Source: Rhodospirillaceae bacterium
Lineage (GTDB): Bacteria > Pseudomonadota > Alphaproteobacteria > JAEUKQ01
Assembly: GCA_016722635.1 (NCBI GenBank)
Contig: JADKIX010000011.1
Span: 319,760 to 383,759 of the forward strand
Direction of reading: 5' to 3'
DNA length: 64,000 bases
The translations under genes were made by a program, and so were the position numbers. Under the pieces are notes generated by a model. It did no database searches. It was not told the origin of the DNA and worked only from the letters and a program-made list of their open reading frames with translations. Positions 42,598-52,180 of this stretch are shown here, piece by piece (position 1 is the first letter of the stretch; each line of letters opens with the position of its first letter).

Positions 42598-43338
42598 TTA
42601 TGCTGCCAAAGTTGCCAAAAGTTGTTTTTGTTGTTCCACTAAAGAGCGGGTTGCCTTCTGGGCCAAATCAAGCATTTGGATCAGTTGTGGTTGGGTAAAC
42701 GAATTTTTCTCGGCTGTAGATTGGATTTCAATGATATCCCCCTTACCATTCAACACAAAATTCGAATCAACTTCGGCATTGCTGTCTTCCATATATTCTA
42801 AATCCAGAATGGGTGTATTCCGGTAAATACCACAGGAGATGGCTGCAACATAATCTTGCAAAGGGAATTGCTTGATCACACCAGTTTTGACCAAACGGGC
42901 TAAAGCCTGATGTAAGGCAACATAACCGCCAGTAATAGCTGCCGTACGGGTGCCCCCATCCGCTTGAATAACATCACAGTCAATAAAAATTTGCCGTTCG
43001 CCCAAGGCAACCAAATTGGTAACAGCCCGTAGAGATCGGCCAATCAGCCGTTGAATTTCCTGCGTGCGTCCGGTTAATTTACCACGGCTGGCTTCCCGTT
43101 CGCTGCGCGTCGCAGTTGCCCGCGGTAACATACCATACTCCCCTGTTACCCAACCCTTGCCGGTATTCCGCAAAAAACCTGGCAATTGGTTGTCGACAGA
43201 AGCAGTACAGAGAAGATGCGTATTGCCCAATTGGATAAAACAAGATCCTTCTGCATATTTATTGACGCCCATTTCCATTTTAACGACGCGCATTTGATCG
43301 GGTTGGCGGCCAGAGGGACGAAGGGGGGTATTAACCAT
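42598..43338 (-). CDS. rph: ribonuclease PH
   Basis: RNase PH domain, RPSGRQPDQMR N-terminus, GGTRTA motif. Confidence 0.92.
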   Translation of the reverse strand: MVNTPLRPSGRQPDQMRVVKMEMGVNKYAEGSCFIQLGNTHLLCTASVDNQLPGFLRNTGKGWVTGEYGMLPRATATRSEREASRGKLTGRTQEIQRLIGRSLRAVTNLVALGERQIFIDCDVIQADGGTRTAAITGGYVALHQALARLVKTGVIKQFPLQDYVAAISCGIYRNTPILDLEYMEDSNAEVDSNFVLNGKGDIIEIQSTAEKNSFTQPQLIQMLDLAQKATRSLVEQQKQLLATLAA

Positions 43339-43518
43339 TATAAATAACTTTCATTGCTTAAAATGCCTGAATATTATCACTTTATTCATAAACGATATGA
43401 AAATAAAATGATAGAGAAGTGTTGAGAAGTTGCGAAATAATTCCTATTTACTAGAAACGCATAAGCAAATTAATTTTGATTGGGACTATCCTCAAGAAGG
43501 GTTGATACAGTTGAAACG

Positions 43519-44580
43519 ATGGTGATAAAAAGCAAAGCCAGTATCCAAGAGCTTAGCCTGAGGTCACGGGAAATTTTCCGTCATATTGTGGATACGTACC
43601 TTGAAACGGGCGAACCGATCGGCTCAAAGGTTATTTCGAAGCGGGCGAACCTGAATTTGTCACCGGCTACTATCCGAAATGTGATGGCAGATTTAGAGGA
43701 AGCTGGGTTACTTTTTGCCCCCCATATTTCTGCGGGTCGTATGCCTACGGAATTAGGGTTACGATTATTTGTCGATGGGTTACTCGAAATTGGGTATTTG
43801 GGGGAAGATGAACGACGCAATATGGAGGAAAAATGCCAAGTGGGGGGTCATCATTTCCCTGTTATGCTCGAACAAGCCATCCAAGCCTTGTCAGGACTTT
43901 CCCGTTGCGCCGGATTGGTTGTGGCACCCACCACCGAATATAGGTTGAAGCACATGGAATTCCTAAAGCTTGGGCCTGATCGTGCCTTGGTGGTCATGGT
44001 ATCGGAGGACGGGCTAATCGAGAACCGCCTGATTGATTTACCTAAAGGATTACCGCCAGCTGCACTGGTGGAAGCGGGAAATTATTTGACTGCGCGATTG
44101 ATTAATAAAACGTTGGCTGAAGCAACGGTTGAAATTACCAAAGAATTGGATGATCATCGGACGGAATTGAATTTATTGACAGAAAAGGTTATCAAAACGG
44201 GGTTAGCTACCTGGGCAGGGACAAAAAATGAGCGTATCCTTATTTTGACCGGGCAAAGCCATTTACTAGAGGAAGTGAAAGAATTAGAAGATTTGGAACG
44301 GGTCCGCATTTTATTTCAAATGCTTGAGAATAAAGAATCAATGATTCGTTTGCTCGAAGAATCAAAAAAGGCTAAAGATGTCCAGATTTTTATAGGCTCT
44401 CAAAATGAATTATTTAATTTGACCGGTTGTTCTTTAATTATCGCCCCTTACCAGAATAACCGGCAACAGGTGATCGGGGCGGTAGGTGTGATTGGCCCTA
44501 GCCGGATAGATTATGCAAAGATTATCCCTATGGTCAATTACACAGCCCAACTGATTGGGCGGTTTTTAACCAAAAAATAA
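43519..44580 (+). CDS. hrcA: heat-inducible transcription repressor HrcA; ORF open from 43480
   Basis: N-terminal wHTH (LSLRSREIFRHIV...GEPIGSK); conserved hrcA-grpE pairing. Confidence 0.88.
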   Translation: MVIKSKASIQELSLRSREIFRHIVDTYLETGEPIGSKVISKRANLNLSPATIRNVMADLEEAGLLFAPHISAGRMPTELGLRLFVDGLLEIGYLGEDERRNMEEKCQVGGHHFPVMLEQAIQALSGLSRCAGLVVAPTTEYRLKHMEFLKLGPDRALVVMVSEDGLIENRLIDLPKGLPPAALVEAGNYLTARLINKTLAEATVEITKELDDHRTELNLLTEKVIKTGLATWAGTKNERILILTGQSHLLEEVKELEDLERVRILFQMLENKESMIRLLEESKKAKDVQIFIGSQNELFNLTGCSLIIAPYQNNRQQVIGAVGVIGPSRIDYAKIIPMVNYTAQLIGRFLTKK

Positions 44581-44610
44581 GATATTTTTTATGATGCGAA
44601 GGTAGAAAAA

Positions 44611-45268
44611 ATGACAAAGCCTCAACATACAAAATCTTCCGATCAGCAGATGTCAAAGCCTGCCGAGGAAGTGGAACAACCTCTTCCTGATTCACACCAT
44701 AAGAGTGAACAGGCAACATCCGTAGCTGCAGACGAATCAGTCTCTAAAGCAGCGGAAAAAATAGGTATTTTTGGAGCAAAAATTATCTGAAGCAGGTCAA
44801 GAGATTGGCCAATTAAAAGACCAGTTATTACGGACATTGGCGGAAAGCGATAATATCCGCAAAAGGATGCAGCGCGAAAAAGAGGATAGCCAAAAATTTG
44901 CGGTCAGCAATTTTGCAAAGGATTTGATTGCGGTTTATGATAATTTGGAAAGGGCCCTTAAAAACCCCATTGCCACGGAAGATCCATTGATCAAGAATTT
45001 CATTGAAGGGGTGACCATGACGGAGCGCCAATTGGCGGCAGTTTTTGAAAAACACCAGTTGAAACGAATTGTACCAATAGGTGAAAAATTTGACGGCAAT
45101 CAGCATCAATCCGTGATGGAAGTGCCGTCATCTACCCAACCTCCCGGAACGGTAGCAGATGTTTTCCAGGCGGGGTTTTCCCTTCATGATCGCTTGTTAC
45201 GACCAGCAATTGTTACCGTGGTCAAAGCTGCTTCAAAAGAGGAGGAGGCAGCTCGTAAAAACCAATAA
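44611..45268 (+). CDS. grpE: nucleotide exchange factor GrpE; the N-terminal 53 codons lie in a different frame from the core ORF (44771-45268), with a +1 frameshift in the T5 run 44768-44772
   Basis: core GrpE ORF LEQKLSEAGQEIGQLKDQLLR...; upstream -1-frame ORF from an ATG (44611) with an RBS encodes an acidic Ser/Glu-rich GrpE-like N-terminus; removing one T joins them. Confidence 0.75.
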
Positions 45269-45302
45269 GCAAAGATTGCCAAATAATTTTTGTTGCAGAT
45301 AA

Positions 45303-45333
45303 CTTGTAGATTGGCGTAATCATTCTTATATCT
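45303..45333 (+). promoter_or_regulatory. possible sigma-32 (RpoH)-type heat-shock promoter upstream of dnaK
   Basis: CTTGTAG - 15 nt - CTTATATCT resembles CTTGAAA-N13-15-CCCCATNT. Confidence 0.25.
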
Positions 45334-45448
45334 CAACATGTTCACCAATATCTAGTAACTATTTAACCATTTATAAATTTATGGGGATTGCCACGAATGC
45401 TTCAGATGTTAAAGGTTGTGGCTGTAATCTGCCGAGAAGAGAGGAATC

Positions 45449-47368
45449 ATGAGTAAAGTTATCGGAATTGATTTAGGAACCACCAATTCCTGCGTTGCTA
45501 TTATGGAAGGCAAAGACACGAAAGTTATTGAAAATGCCGAGGGGTTACGGACAACCCCCTCAATTGTTGCTTTTACCGATACAGATGAACGGTTGGTTGG
45601 CCAGGCCGCGAAGCGGCAAGCGGTAACCAATCCGGAAAATACATTATTTGCGATTAAGCGGCTTATTGGCCGGCGTTATGATGACGCGATGGTTAAAAAA
45701 GATAAGGGATTAGTTCCTTACAAAATTATTGCTGGGGATAATGGGGATGCTTGGGTTGAAGCCCGTGGCAAAAAATATTCGCCTTCCCAAGTCAGTGCTT
45801 TCATTTTACAAAAAATGAAAGAAACCGCAGAAAATTATTTGGGTGAAAAAGTCACCCAAGCCGTGATTACGGTGCCTGCTTATTTCAATGATTCGCAACG
45901 CCAAGCTACCAAAGATGCTGGTCGGATTGCCGGTTTAGAGGTTTTGCGTATTATTAACGAACCCACTGCGGCAGCTTTAGCTTACGGGCTTGAGAAAAAA
46001 GGCAGCGGCATTATTGCTGTTTATGATTTGGGTGGTGGTACCTTTGATATTTCTGTACTTGAAATTGGTGATGGTGTATTCGAGGTCAAGTCAACCAATG
46101 GCGATACCTTCCTTGGGGGTGAAGACTTTGACAACCGCATTATGGATTATTTGGCCGAAGAATTCCGCAAAGAAAATGGGATTGACCTGCGCAAAGACAA
46201 GCTGGCTTTGCAGCGCCTGAAAGAGGCTTCTGAGAAAGCCAAGATTGAGCTTTCCAGTGCGATGCAAACGGAGGTCAATCTACCTTTCATTACGGCGGAC
46301 AAGAATGGGCCCAAGCATATGAATATCCGTTTAACAAGGGCAAAGCTTGAATCCTTGGTGGATGAATTTATCCAACGTACTCTGGAGCCTTGCCGGGCTG
46401 CTTTAAAAGATGCTGGTTTGAAAGCTTCCGAAATCAATGAGGTTGTTTTGGTCGGCGGTATGACGCGTATGCCTAAGGTGATTGAAACAGTCCGCAGCTT
46501 TTTTGGCCGTGAACCTCACCGAGGTGTTAACCCTGATGAAGTAGTGGCAGTTGGGGCTGCTATCCAGGGGGCGGTTTTGAAAGGTGAAGTGAAAGATGTC
46601 TTGTTACTCGATGTCACGCCCCTTTCTTTAGGGATTGAGACATTAGGTGGGGTTTTCACCCGGTTAATTGACCGCAATACCACTGTTCCTACCAAAAGAA
46701 GTCAGATTTTCTCAACGGCAGATGACAGCCAAACCGCTGTTACCATCCGCGTTTTCCAAGGGGAGCGCGAAATGGCGGCTGACAACAAGCTACTGGGCCA
46801 ATTTGATTTGTTAGGGCTGCCAGCGGCACCAAGGGGCGTTCCGCAGATTGAGGTAACATTCGATATTGATGCAAACGGCATTGTCAGCGTTTCTGCAAAA
46901 GATAAGGCAACCAATAAAGAGCAGCAAATCCGCATCCAGGCTTCCGGCGGGTTAAATGAGCAAGATATTAAGAAAATGGTTAAAGACGCCGAGGCTAATG
47001 CCAGTGAGGATAAGAAAAAACGGGCGTTAGTGGAAGCCCGCAACCAAGCCGAGTCACTGGTTCATGCCAATGAAAAAATGATCAAGGATAATGAGGGCAA
47101 AATCAGTGCAACCGATAAGGATTCCATCCAAAAAGCCATTGGTTCCTTAAAGGAAGTGTTGTCAGGGACGGATATCGAAGCGATTAAGTCCCGGTCCGAA
47201 TCGTTGGCGCAATTAGCGATGAAAATGGGGGAAGCAATGTATCGCTCCCAGCAGCAAACATCCGCACCTCAAGGCGACAATCAAGGTGAAGGCAAGACAG
47301 AAAATGAAGAAAAAGTTGTTGATGCTGATTTTCAAGAAGTCAACAATAACAAACGTAAAAAACCATAG
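45449..47368 (+). CDS. dnaK: molecular chaperone DnaK (Hsp70)
   Basis: [10 protein letters not shown] and DLGGGTFD signatures; full length 639 aa. Confidence 0.97.
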   Translation: MSKVIGIDLGTTNSCVAIMEGKDTKVIENAEGLRTTPSIVAFTDTDERLVGQAAKRQAVTNPENTLFAIKRLIGRRYDDAMVKKDKGLVPYKIIAGDNGDAWVEARGKKYSPSQVSAFILQKMKETAENYLGEKVTQAVITVPAYFNDSQRQATKDAGRIAGLEVLRIINEPTAAALAYGLEKKGSGIIAVYDLGGGTFDISVLEIGDGVFEVKSTNGDTFLGGEDFDNRIMDYLAEEFRKENGIDLRKDKLALQRLKEASEKAKIELSSAMQTEVNLPFITADKNGPKHMNIRLTRAKLESLVDEFIQRTLEPCRAALKDAGLKASEINEVVLVGGMTRMPKVIETVRSFFGREPHRGVNPDEVVAVGAAIQGAVLKGEVKDVLLLDVTPLSLGIETLGGVFTRLIDRNTTVPTKRSQIFSTADDSQTAVTIRVFQGEREMAADNKLLGQFDLLGLPAAPRGVPQIEVTFDIDANGIVSVSAKDKATNKEQQIRIQASGGLNEQDIKKMVKDAEANASEDKKKRALVEARNQAESLVHANEKMIKDNEGKISATDKDSIQKAIGSLKEVLSGTDIEAIKSRSESLAQLAMKMGEAMYRSQQQTSAPQGDNQGEGKTENEEKVVDADFQEVNNNKRKKP

Positions 47369-47382
47369 AGATGTTTCTTCCG

Positions 47383-47414
47383 CCAGCCTTAAATCTTTTT
47401 AAGGCTGGTTTTGG
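47383..47414 (+). terminator. rho-independent terminator/attenuator between dnaK and dnaJ
   Basis: 8-bp stem ccagcctt / aaggctgg, 10-nt loop, followed by ttttgg. Confidence 0.55.
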
Positions 47415-47429
47415 ATTTTAGGGTAGAAA

Positions 47430-48587
47430 ATGGCCGCAGCTAAACAAGATTATTATGAAATGCTTGGGGTATCCAAAACGGCAAGCGGCGAGGATTTGAA
47501 AAAAGCTTACCGTGCGTTGGCGATGAAACACCATCCGGATCGCAATCCGGGTAATCAGGCATCAGAACAAAAATTTAAAGAAATCAACGAAGCCTACGAT
47601 GTTCTAAAAGATGAGCAGAAAAGGGCAGCCTATGACCAATTTGGTCATGCGGCCTTCCAAAGTGGGGGGGGGCGTTCAGGGCGGCCTAACGGGCAGGGGG
47701 CAGAGGGATTTGGTTTTGCCGGGGGTGGTTTTGCCGATATTTTTAATGAAATGTTTGGTGATTTTACGGATTCGCGTACCGGTGGTCGCCAAGCCCGTGG
47801 TACGGATCTGCGCTATAATATGGAAATAAGCTTAGAGGAGGCTTTTTCGGGTAAGCAAGTGACGATCCGCGTGCCGGGGTCATCTGCTTGCGATGCTTGC
47901 CACGGTTCTGGCAGCGAGCAGGGTAGCCAGCCTATTAACTGCCCTACCTGTCGCGGTAGCGGCAAGCAACGGGCAGCCCAAGGGTTTTTTACCATTGAGC
48001 GTACCTGCCAACAATGTGCGGGCTTAGGAAAGATTATTGAAAAACCATGCCGGGTTTGCCGGGGCAGCGGTACCGTTAAACGTGAAAAAACCTTGGAAGT
48101 CAATATTCCCGCAGGGGTTGAAGACGGCTCCCGTATACGCTTATCAGGACAGGGGGAAGCTGGTATGCGCGGCTCACCTGCAGGGGATCTTTATATTTTT
48201 GTGAGTATCCGGCAACATCCGATTTTCCAGCGGGAGGGGGCAACCATTGAATGCCAGATTCCTATCCCGCTGGTAACAGCTGTTCTAGGTGGATCGGTAG
48301 ATGTGCCAACGGTTGAAGGAAATTGGGGTAAAGTCACCATTCCTGCGGGTACCCAAAGCGGACAAAAATTTCGTTTGAAAAGCAAAGGAATGAGTGTCTT
48401 GCGCTCCTCCAACCGTGGGGATATGTATTGTACCGTGGTGACTGAAACGCCCGTCAATCTCACCAAGCGCCAGCAAGAGCTTTTAAAAGAATTTACGGAA
48501 ATTTCTGAAGGTAATCCAAAAAACTATCCAATTATGGAAAAATTTTTAACCAAAGTGAAAGAATTTTGGAAAAATTTGCGACCGTAG
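47430..48587 (+). CDS. dnaJ: molecular chaperone DnaJ
   Basis: J-domain HPD, G/F region, four CxxCxGxG zinc-finger repeats. Confidence 0.95.
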   Translation: MAAAKQDYYEMLGVSKTASGEDLKKAYRALAMKHHPDRNPGNQASEQKFKEINEAYDVLKDEQKRAAYDQFGHAAFQSGGGRSGRPNGQGAEGFGFAGGGFADIFNEMFGDFTDSRTGGRQARGTDLRYNMEISLEEAFSGKQVTIRVPGSSACDACHGSGSEQGSQPINCPTCRGSGKQRAAQGFFTIERTCQQCAGLGKIIEKPCRVCRGSGTVKREKTLEVNIPAGVEDGSRIRLSGQGEAGMRGSPAGDLYIFVSIRQHPIFQREGATIECQIPIPLVTAVLGGSVDVPTVEGNWGKVTIPAGTQSGQKFRLKSKGMSVLRSSNRGDMYCTVVTETPVNLTKRQQELLKEFTEISEGNPKNYPIMEKFLTKVKEFWKNLRP

Positions 48588-48613
48588 CTTTTTCCCCCAC
48601 ATGATGTGAGCTG

Positions 48614-49273
48614 ATGACAATCCAGGCCAAGCGGTTATTAACAGCACTCGAAATAAAAGAAATTTTTAAAATATTTTCTGTGGCTAATCCGAAGCCGAAG
48701 GGGGAATTAATATATCAAAACCCCTACACCTTGCTGGTTGCAGTCGTTTTGTCTGCCCAATCAACCGATAAAGGCGTTAATAAGGCAACATCTGCTTTAT
48801 TTGCGGTCGCAAGCAGCCCCCAGGCCATGGTTGCATTAGGTGAGGAGAAACTACGGGAATATATCAAAACAATTGGCCTTTATAACAGTAAAGCTAAAAA
48901 CATCTTGTTGCTGAGCCAAAAATTGCTGACGGATTTTCAAGGGCAAGTGCCCGCAAACCGGCAACAGCTAGAGGAACTGCCAGGTGTTGGTCGGAAGACC
49001 GCTAATGTGGTTCTAAATATTGTTTTTGGCGAACCGACGATTGCTGTTGATACCCACGTTTTTCGGGTGGCCAATCGCACAGGACTGGCACTGGCAGCCA
49101 CGCCATCCTTGGTTGAAAAAATGCTTGGGGAAAGGGTTCCACACGCTTACCAACAATCTGCCCATCATTGGCTTATTTTACATGGGCGATATGTTTGTAA
49201 AGCCCGCAAGCCAGATTGTCAGCGTTGTTGTATTAAAGATATTTGCGAATATCCTGAAAAAACTGCTAGCTAA
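48614..49273 (+). CDS. nth: endonuclease III
   Basis: HhH-GPD motif plus C-terminal 4Fe-4S Cys cluster CKARKPDCQRCC...C. Confidence 0.9.
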   Translation: MTIQAKRLLTALEIKEIFKIFSVANPKPKGELIYQNPYTLLVAVVLSAQSTDKGVNKATSALFAVASSPQAMVALGEEKLREYIKTIGLYNSKAKNILLLSQKLLTDFQGQVPANRQQLEELPGVGRKTANVVLNIVFGEPTIAVDTHVFRVANRTGLALAATPSLVEKMLGERVPHAYQQSAHHWLILHGRYVCKARKPDCQRCCIKDICEYPEKTAS

Positions 49274-49314
49274 TCCCGTTCGGCGGATTCTAAAAGACAT
49301 TGTTTCTTAGTTTC

Positions 49315-49692
49315 TTAAATTTTTACTAAGTGCGATAAGCATAAATCCGTGTCTGTTGCAATACCTGCGCGAGAACGGGCGATCACATGAGTGGCCCGCA
49401 AAGACTGTTGATGGGCGCGGGAGTAAAAAAATATGTCAACCACACAATCTGCTTGCTGGAATTGCCATAATTCAGCTGGGGGATCGGACCTTTTTAAAAC
49501 GGGGCTGCCGAATAACGCCATAATCTCCTGTGGCGATTTATTAATGATAGCAGCAGAAGTAACTAAAGCTCGGTTGGGCAAGGAGCTATCTAGGTTTTTG
49601 CTCCCTGACTGACAGGCAGAAACGGACAACCAGCTAGCTAACAGAAAAACTGCCCGCAACCAGTTTGGAAATAGGGGACAACCAGCGATCAT
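49315..49692 (-). CDS. hypothetical small lipoprotein
   Basis: signal peptide with lipobox LSVSAC; 125 aa; no confidently recognised domain. Confidence 0.4.
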   Translation of the reverse strand: MIAGCPLFPNWLRAVFLLASWLSVSACQSGSKNLDSSLPNRALVTSAAIINKSPQEIMALFGSPVLKRSDPPAELWQFQQADCVVDIFFYSRAHQQSLRATHVIARSRAGIATDTDLCLSHLVKI

Positions 49693-49707
49693 TACCAGTT
49701 GCTTAAA

Positions 49708-50382
49708 CTATTGGCCAGACGGTGTTTCATCAATTTGATAAGTTGGTTGGGTATTAGTTGAGCTAACCGAAACATGCTCATACCCATGATGCGGGTTATC
49801 ATGTAAATCAGAAAGAAGCTCAAGCTGGCCAGATAATGCCCCTCCTTTTTCTACCTCTAGCTGGGCATAGCGGATGGAACCCACAACTTTGCCAGTGGAA
49901 CGCACAGTTAAACGGCCGTGGACAGTAATGTCACCTTCAAACCGCCCACTAATGTCAGCTGTTTCGATGTGGGCCGAACCTTTGAAAACCCCAAATTCAG
50001 AAATTTCAATACTGCGGCTATCGGTTAAGGAAGCTTCCACGCGACCTTCCACGATCAACCTTTGGCAAGCCCGGATTTCCCCAGTCAAAACGATATCGCG
50101 ACCGACGATTAAGCGTTTGCCCTCCGAGTCGGAATTCGTTTTTGCTTCATTACGGCGCACGGAGATAGAGGAAGATATATTTTCGGTATGGATGCCGGAA
50201 GCAGGCCTTGCCATCGGGGCAACAGGACGGTTATTCAAGGGGGTAGCATTTGGCTCGCTACGGTGCACCGGGCGATTACTGGTCAGCACGGAGGGTTCTG
50301 GTGAATTTTCCCGTGATGGGGAAGAAGAAACTGTTTCTTTTAAGGGCATTTCACGCTCTTTCTTTTTTCCGAACATGGCCAA
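49708..50382 (-). CDS. bactofilin-family cytoskeletal protein with a disordered N-terminal region
   Basis: beta-helical bactofilin repeat pattern (IVLTGEIRACQRLIVEGRVEASL...ISGRFEGDITVHGRLTV); Ser/Pro-rich N-terminus. Confidence 0.7.
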   Translation of the reverse strand: MAMFGKKKEREMPLKETVSSSPSRENSPEPSVLTSNRPVHRSEPNATPLNNRPVAPMARPASGIHTENISSSISVRRNEAKTNSDSEGKRLIVGRDIVLTGEIRACQRLIVEGRVEASLTDSRSIEISEFGVFKGSAHIETADISGRFEGDITVHGRLTVRSTGKVVGSIRYAQLEVEKGGALSGQLELLSDLHDNPHHGYEHVSVSSTNTQPTYQIDETPSGQ

Positions 50383-50543
50383 ATCCTTATACTGTACCTG
50401 AAAATAAATATATGTATTATTCTCTACATACCATAATTATATAAATTGCAACAGAAGTTTTTTAAAGAAAACAGCAGCGCCATAGCCTTTCTTCGAATCA
50501 TCGCTTTTCAGCCTTGTGTTCAGGCACTGTGTGTAGCAACCCG

Positions 50544-50993
50544 TCATGATCTTCTATAACTGATCATGGCAACCCCTATCATCGATAAAATAATACCGGC
50601 GATATTAATCAGGTTTAGCTGTTCCTTAAGAACCAGCAAGCCAACCGCCATTAATATGATATTGATCACCACCCCGGTTACAACATTTCCCACACTTAAA
50701 TCCCAGCCCTGGCGATACATCAGTAAAAATCCCAATTCCATCAAAATAACAGCCCCGGCAATTCCTAACTGAACCCAGCCTAACTGTTTCATATGGGTGA
50801 CAAGCCCTCCTTGGATGGGGAAAAGCAATAAAATGGGGATACAAATCGCGAGTACAGCCATATAAATAGCTGTAATCGAGACAAGCGGGTTAATGGTTGG
50901 CGATATTTTTTTAACCAAGAAATGATATCCAACCGTGCCAAAAATGGCTACGGCAGCTGATAAATAATATAAAATGCTACCTTTTTCTGACAT
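50544..50993 (-). CDS. small DMT/EamA-like integral membrane protein; start at MSEKGS
   Basis: about 149 aa with 4-5 predicted TM helices; weak EamA-like pattern. Confidence 0.4.
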   Translation of the reverse strand: MSEKGSILYYLSAAVAIFGTVGYHFLVKKISPTINPLVSITAIYMAVLAICIPILLLFPIQGGLVTHMKQLGWVQLGIAGAVILMELGFLLMYRQGWDLSVGNVVTGVVINIILMAVGLLVLKEQLNLINIAGIILSMIGVAMISYRRS

Positions 50994-51169
50994 GGGTAAT
51001 ATCCTTAAAAGCAGAATAAGCATGAGATAATAGGGAGAATGAATGGCATGACAGCATAGCCAAAATCAATCAACCTAAAAAGGTCTTTTTTGCATCGGTC
51101 ACGAAAATAACTTGTACAAGTTTATAATTGATGGCAGAACAAGGGAAGTTTAAGGGGATGGATGAAATG

Positions 51170-52162
51170 GCTAACCACCAATATGATGTTGTGGCGATTG
51201 GCAATGCTATCGTTGATATTTTGGCGCATGTTGAAAGTGTTTTTCTGGATAAAGCGGGACTTAAAAAAGGGGCAATGACCCTGATTAATGAAGCCCAATC
51301 GGATAAATTATATGAATTGATGGGCCCAGCCACCGAAGTTTCCGGCGGTTCTGCCGCCAATACGGCAGCGGGTTTAGCATCGCTTGGGGTTCGGACTGCT
51401 TTCATTGGCAAGGTACGCAATGACCAGCTTGGCAATATTTTTCGCCATGATATTCAAGCCGCTGGCGTTCATTTCGATAGTCAAGCGTTGGTCAAGGGGC
51501 CATCAACAGCCAGATGTATGGTTTTTGTGACCCCCGATTCCCACCGTACGTTGCAAACTTATTTGGGGGCCTGCGTAACCCTTTCAACTAAAGATGTGCC
51601 GAAAACTTTAATTGAATCTGCGGCGATCACCTATCTCGAGGGATATTTATGGGATTCCCCTTCGGCCGCTGCCGCCTGCGAGCAGGCTATTGATTATGCC
51701 AAGAAGAAAGGTAAAAAAGTTTCCATCAGCCTTTCCGACCCTTATTGCGTTGATAGGCACCGGCAAAAATTCCAAAAATTGTGCGAGGTTACGGATATCC
51801 TTTTTGCCAATGATGCCGAGATCATGGCTTTATGGCAAACAGATCAGTTGGCGTCTGCGGTTGAGCAAACCAGGCAACAGGTGCCTTTGGCAGCTGTTAC
51901 CCAAGGGGCTGCAGGTTCTTTGATCATTACCAAGCAAGAAACCATCCTTGTTAAAGCTGTCCCTGTTCGGGATATTGTTGACACCACCGGTGCAGGTGAC
52001 TTATATGCAGCAGGATTTTTATATGGTTTTGTTCGAGGATATCCATTAAAAGATTGTGGGGCAATTGCATCCCTTGCCGCCGCAGAAATTATCAGCCATT
52101 TGGGTGCTAGGCCAGCTGTTTCTCTATCAAAGCTTTTAGAAGGTTCGCGTATTATTTTATAA
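51170..52162 (+). CDS. PfkB-family carbohydrate/nucleoside kinase, probably adenosine kinase; ORF open from 51128
   Basis: PfkB N-terminal GNAIVD and C-terminal DTTGAGD motifs. Confidence 0.75.
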   Translation, partial: ANHQYDVVAIGNAIVDILAHVESVFLDKAGLKKGAMTLINEAQSDKLYELMGPATEVSGGSAANTAAGLASLGVRTAFIGKVRNDQLGNIFRHDIQAAGVHFDSQALVKGPSTARCMVFVTPDSHRTLQTYLGACVTLSTKDVPKTLIESAAITYLEGYLWDSPSAAAACEQAIDYAKKKGKKVSISLSDPYCVDRHRQKFQKLCEVTDILFANDAEIMALWQTDQLASAVEQTRQQVPLAAVTQGAAGSLIITKQETILVKAVPVRDIVDTTGAGDLYAAGFLYGFVRGYPLKDCGAIASLAAAEIISHLGARPAVSLSKLLEGSRIIL

Positions 52163-52180
52163 CTAACGATTGGAAAGTGT

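Noticed and set aside
43339-43520. CIRCE operator upstream of hrcA, grpE and dnaK
   Set aside because: No inverted repeat resembling TTAGCACTC-N9-GAGTGCTAA. In alphaproteobacteria CIRCE is usually confined to groESL.
49274-49314. Hairpin between nth and the small lipoprotein gene as a bidirectional terminator
   Set aside because: The stem is imperfect (5-6 bp with a mismatch) and has no U-tract on either strand.
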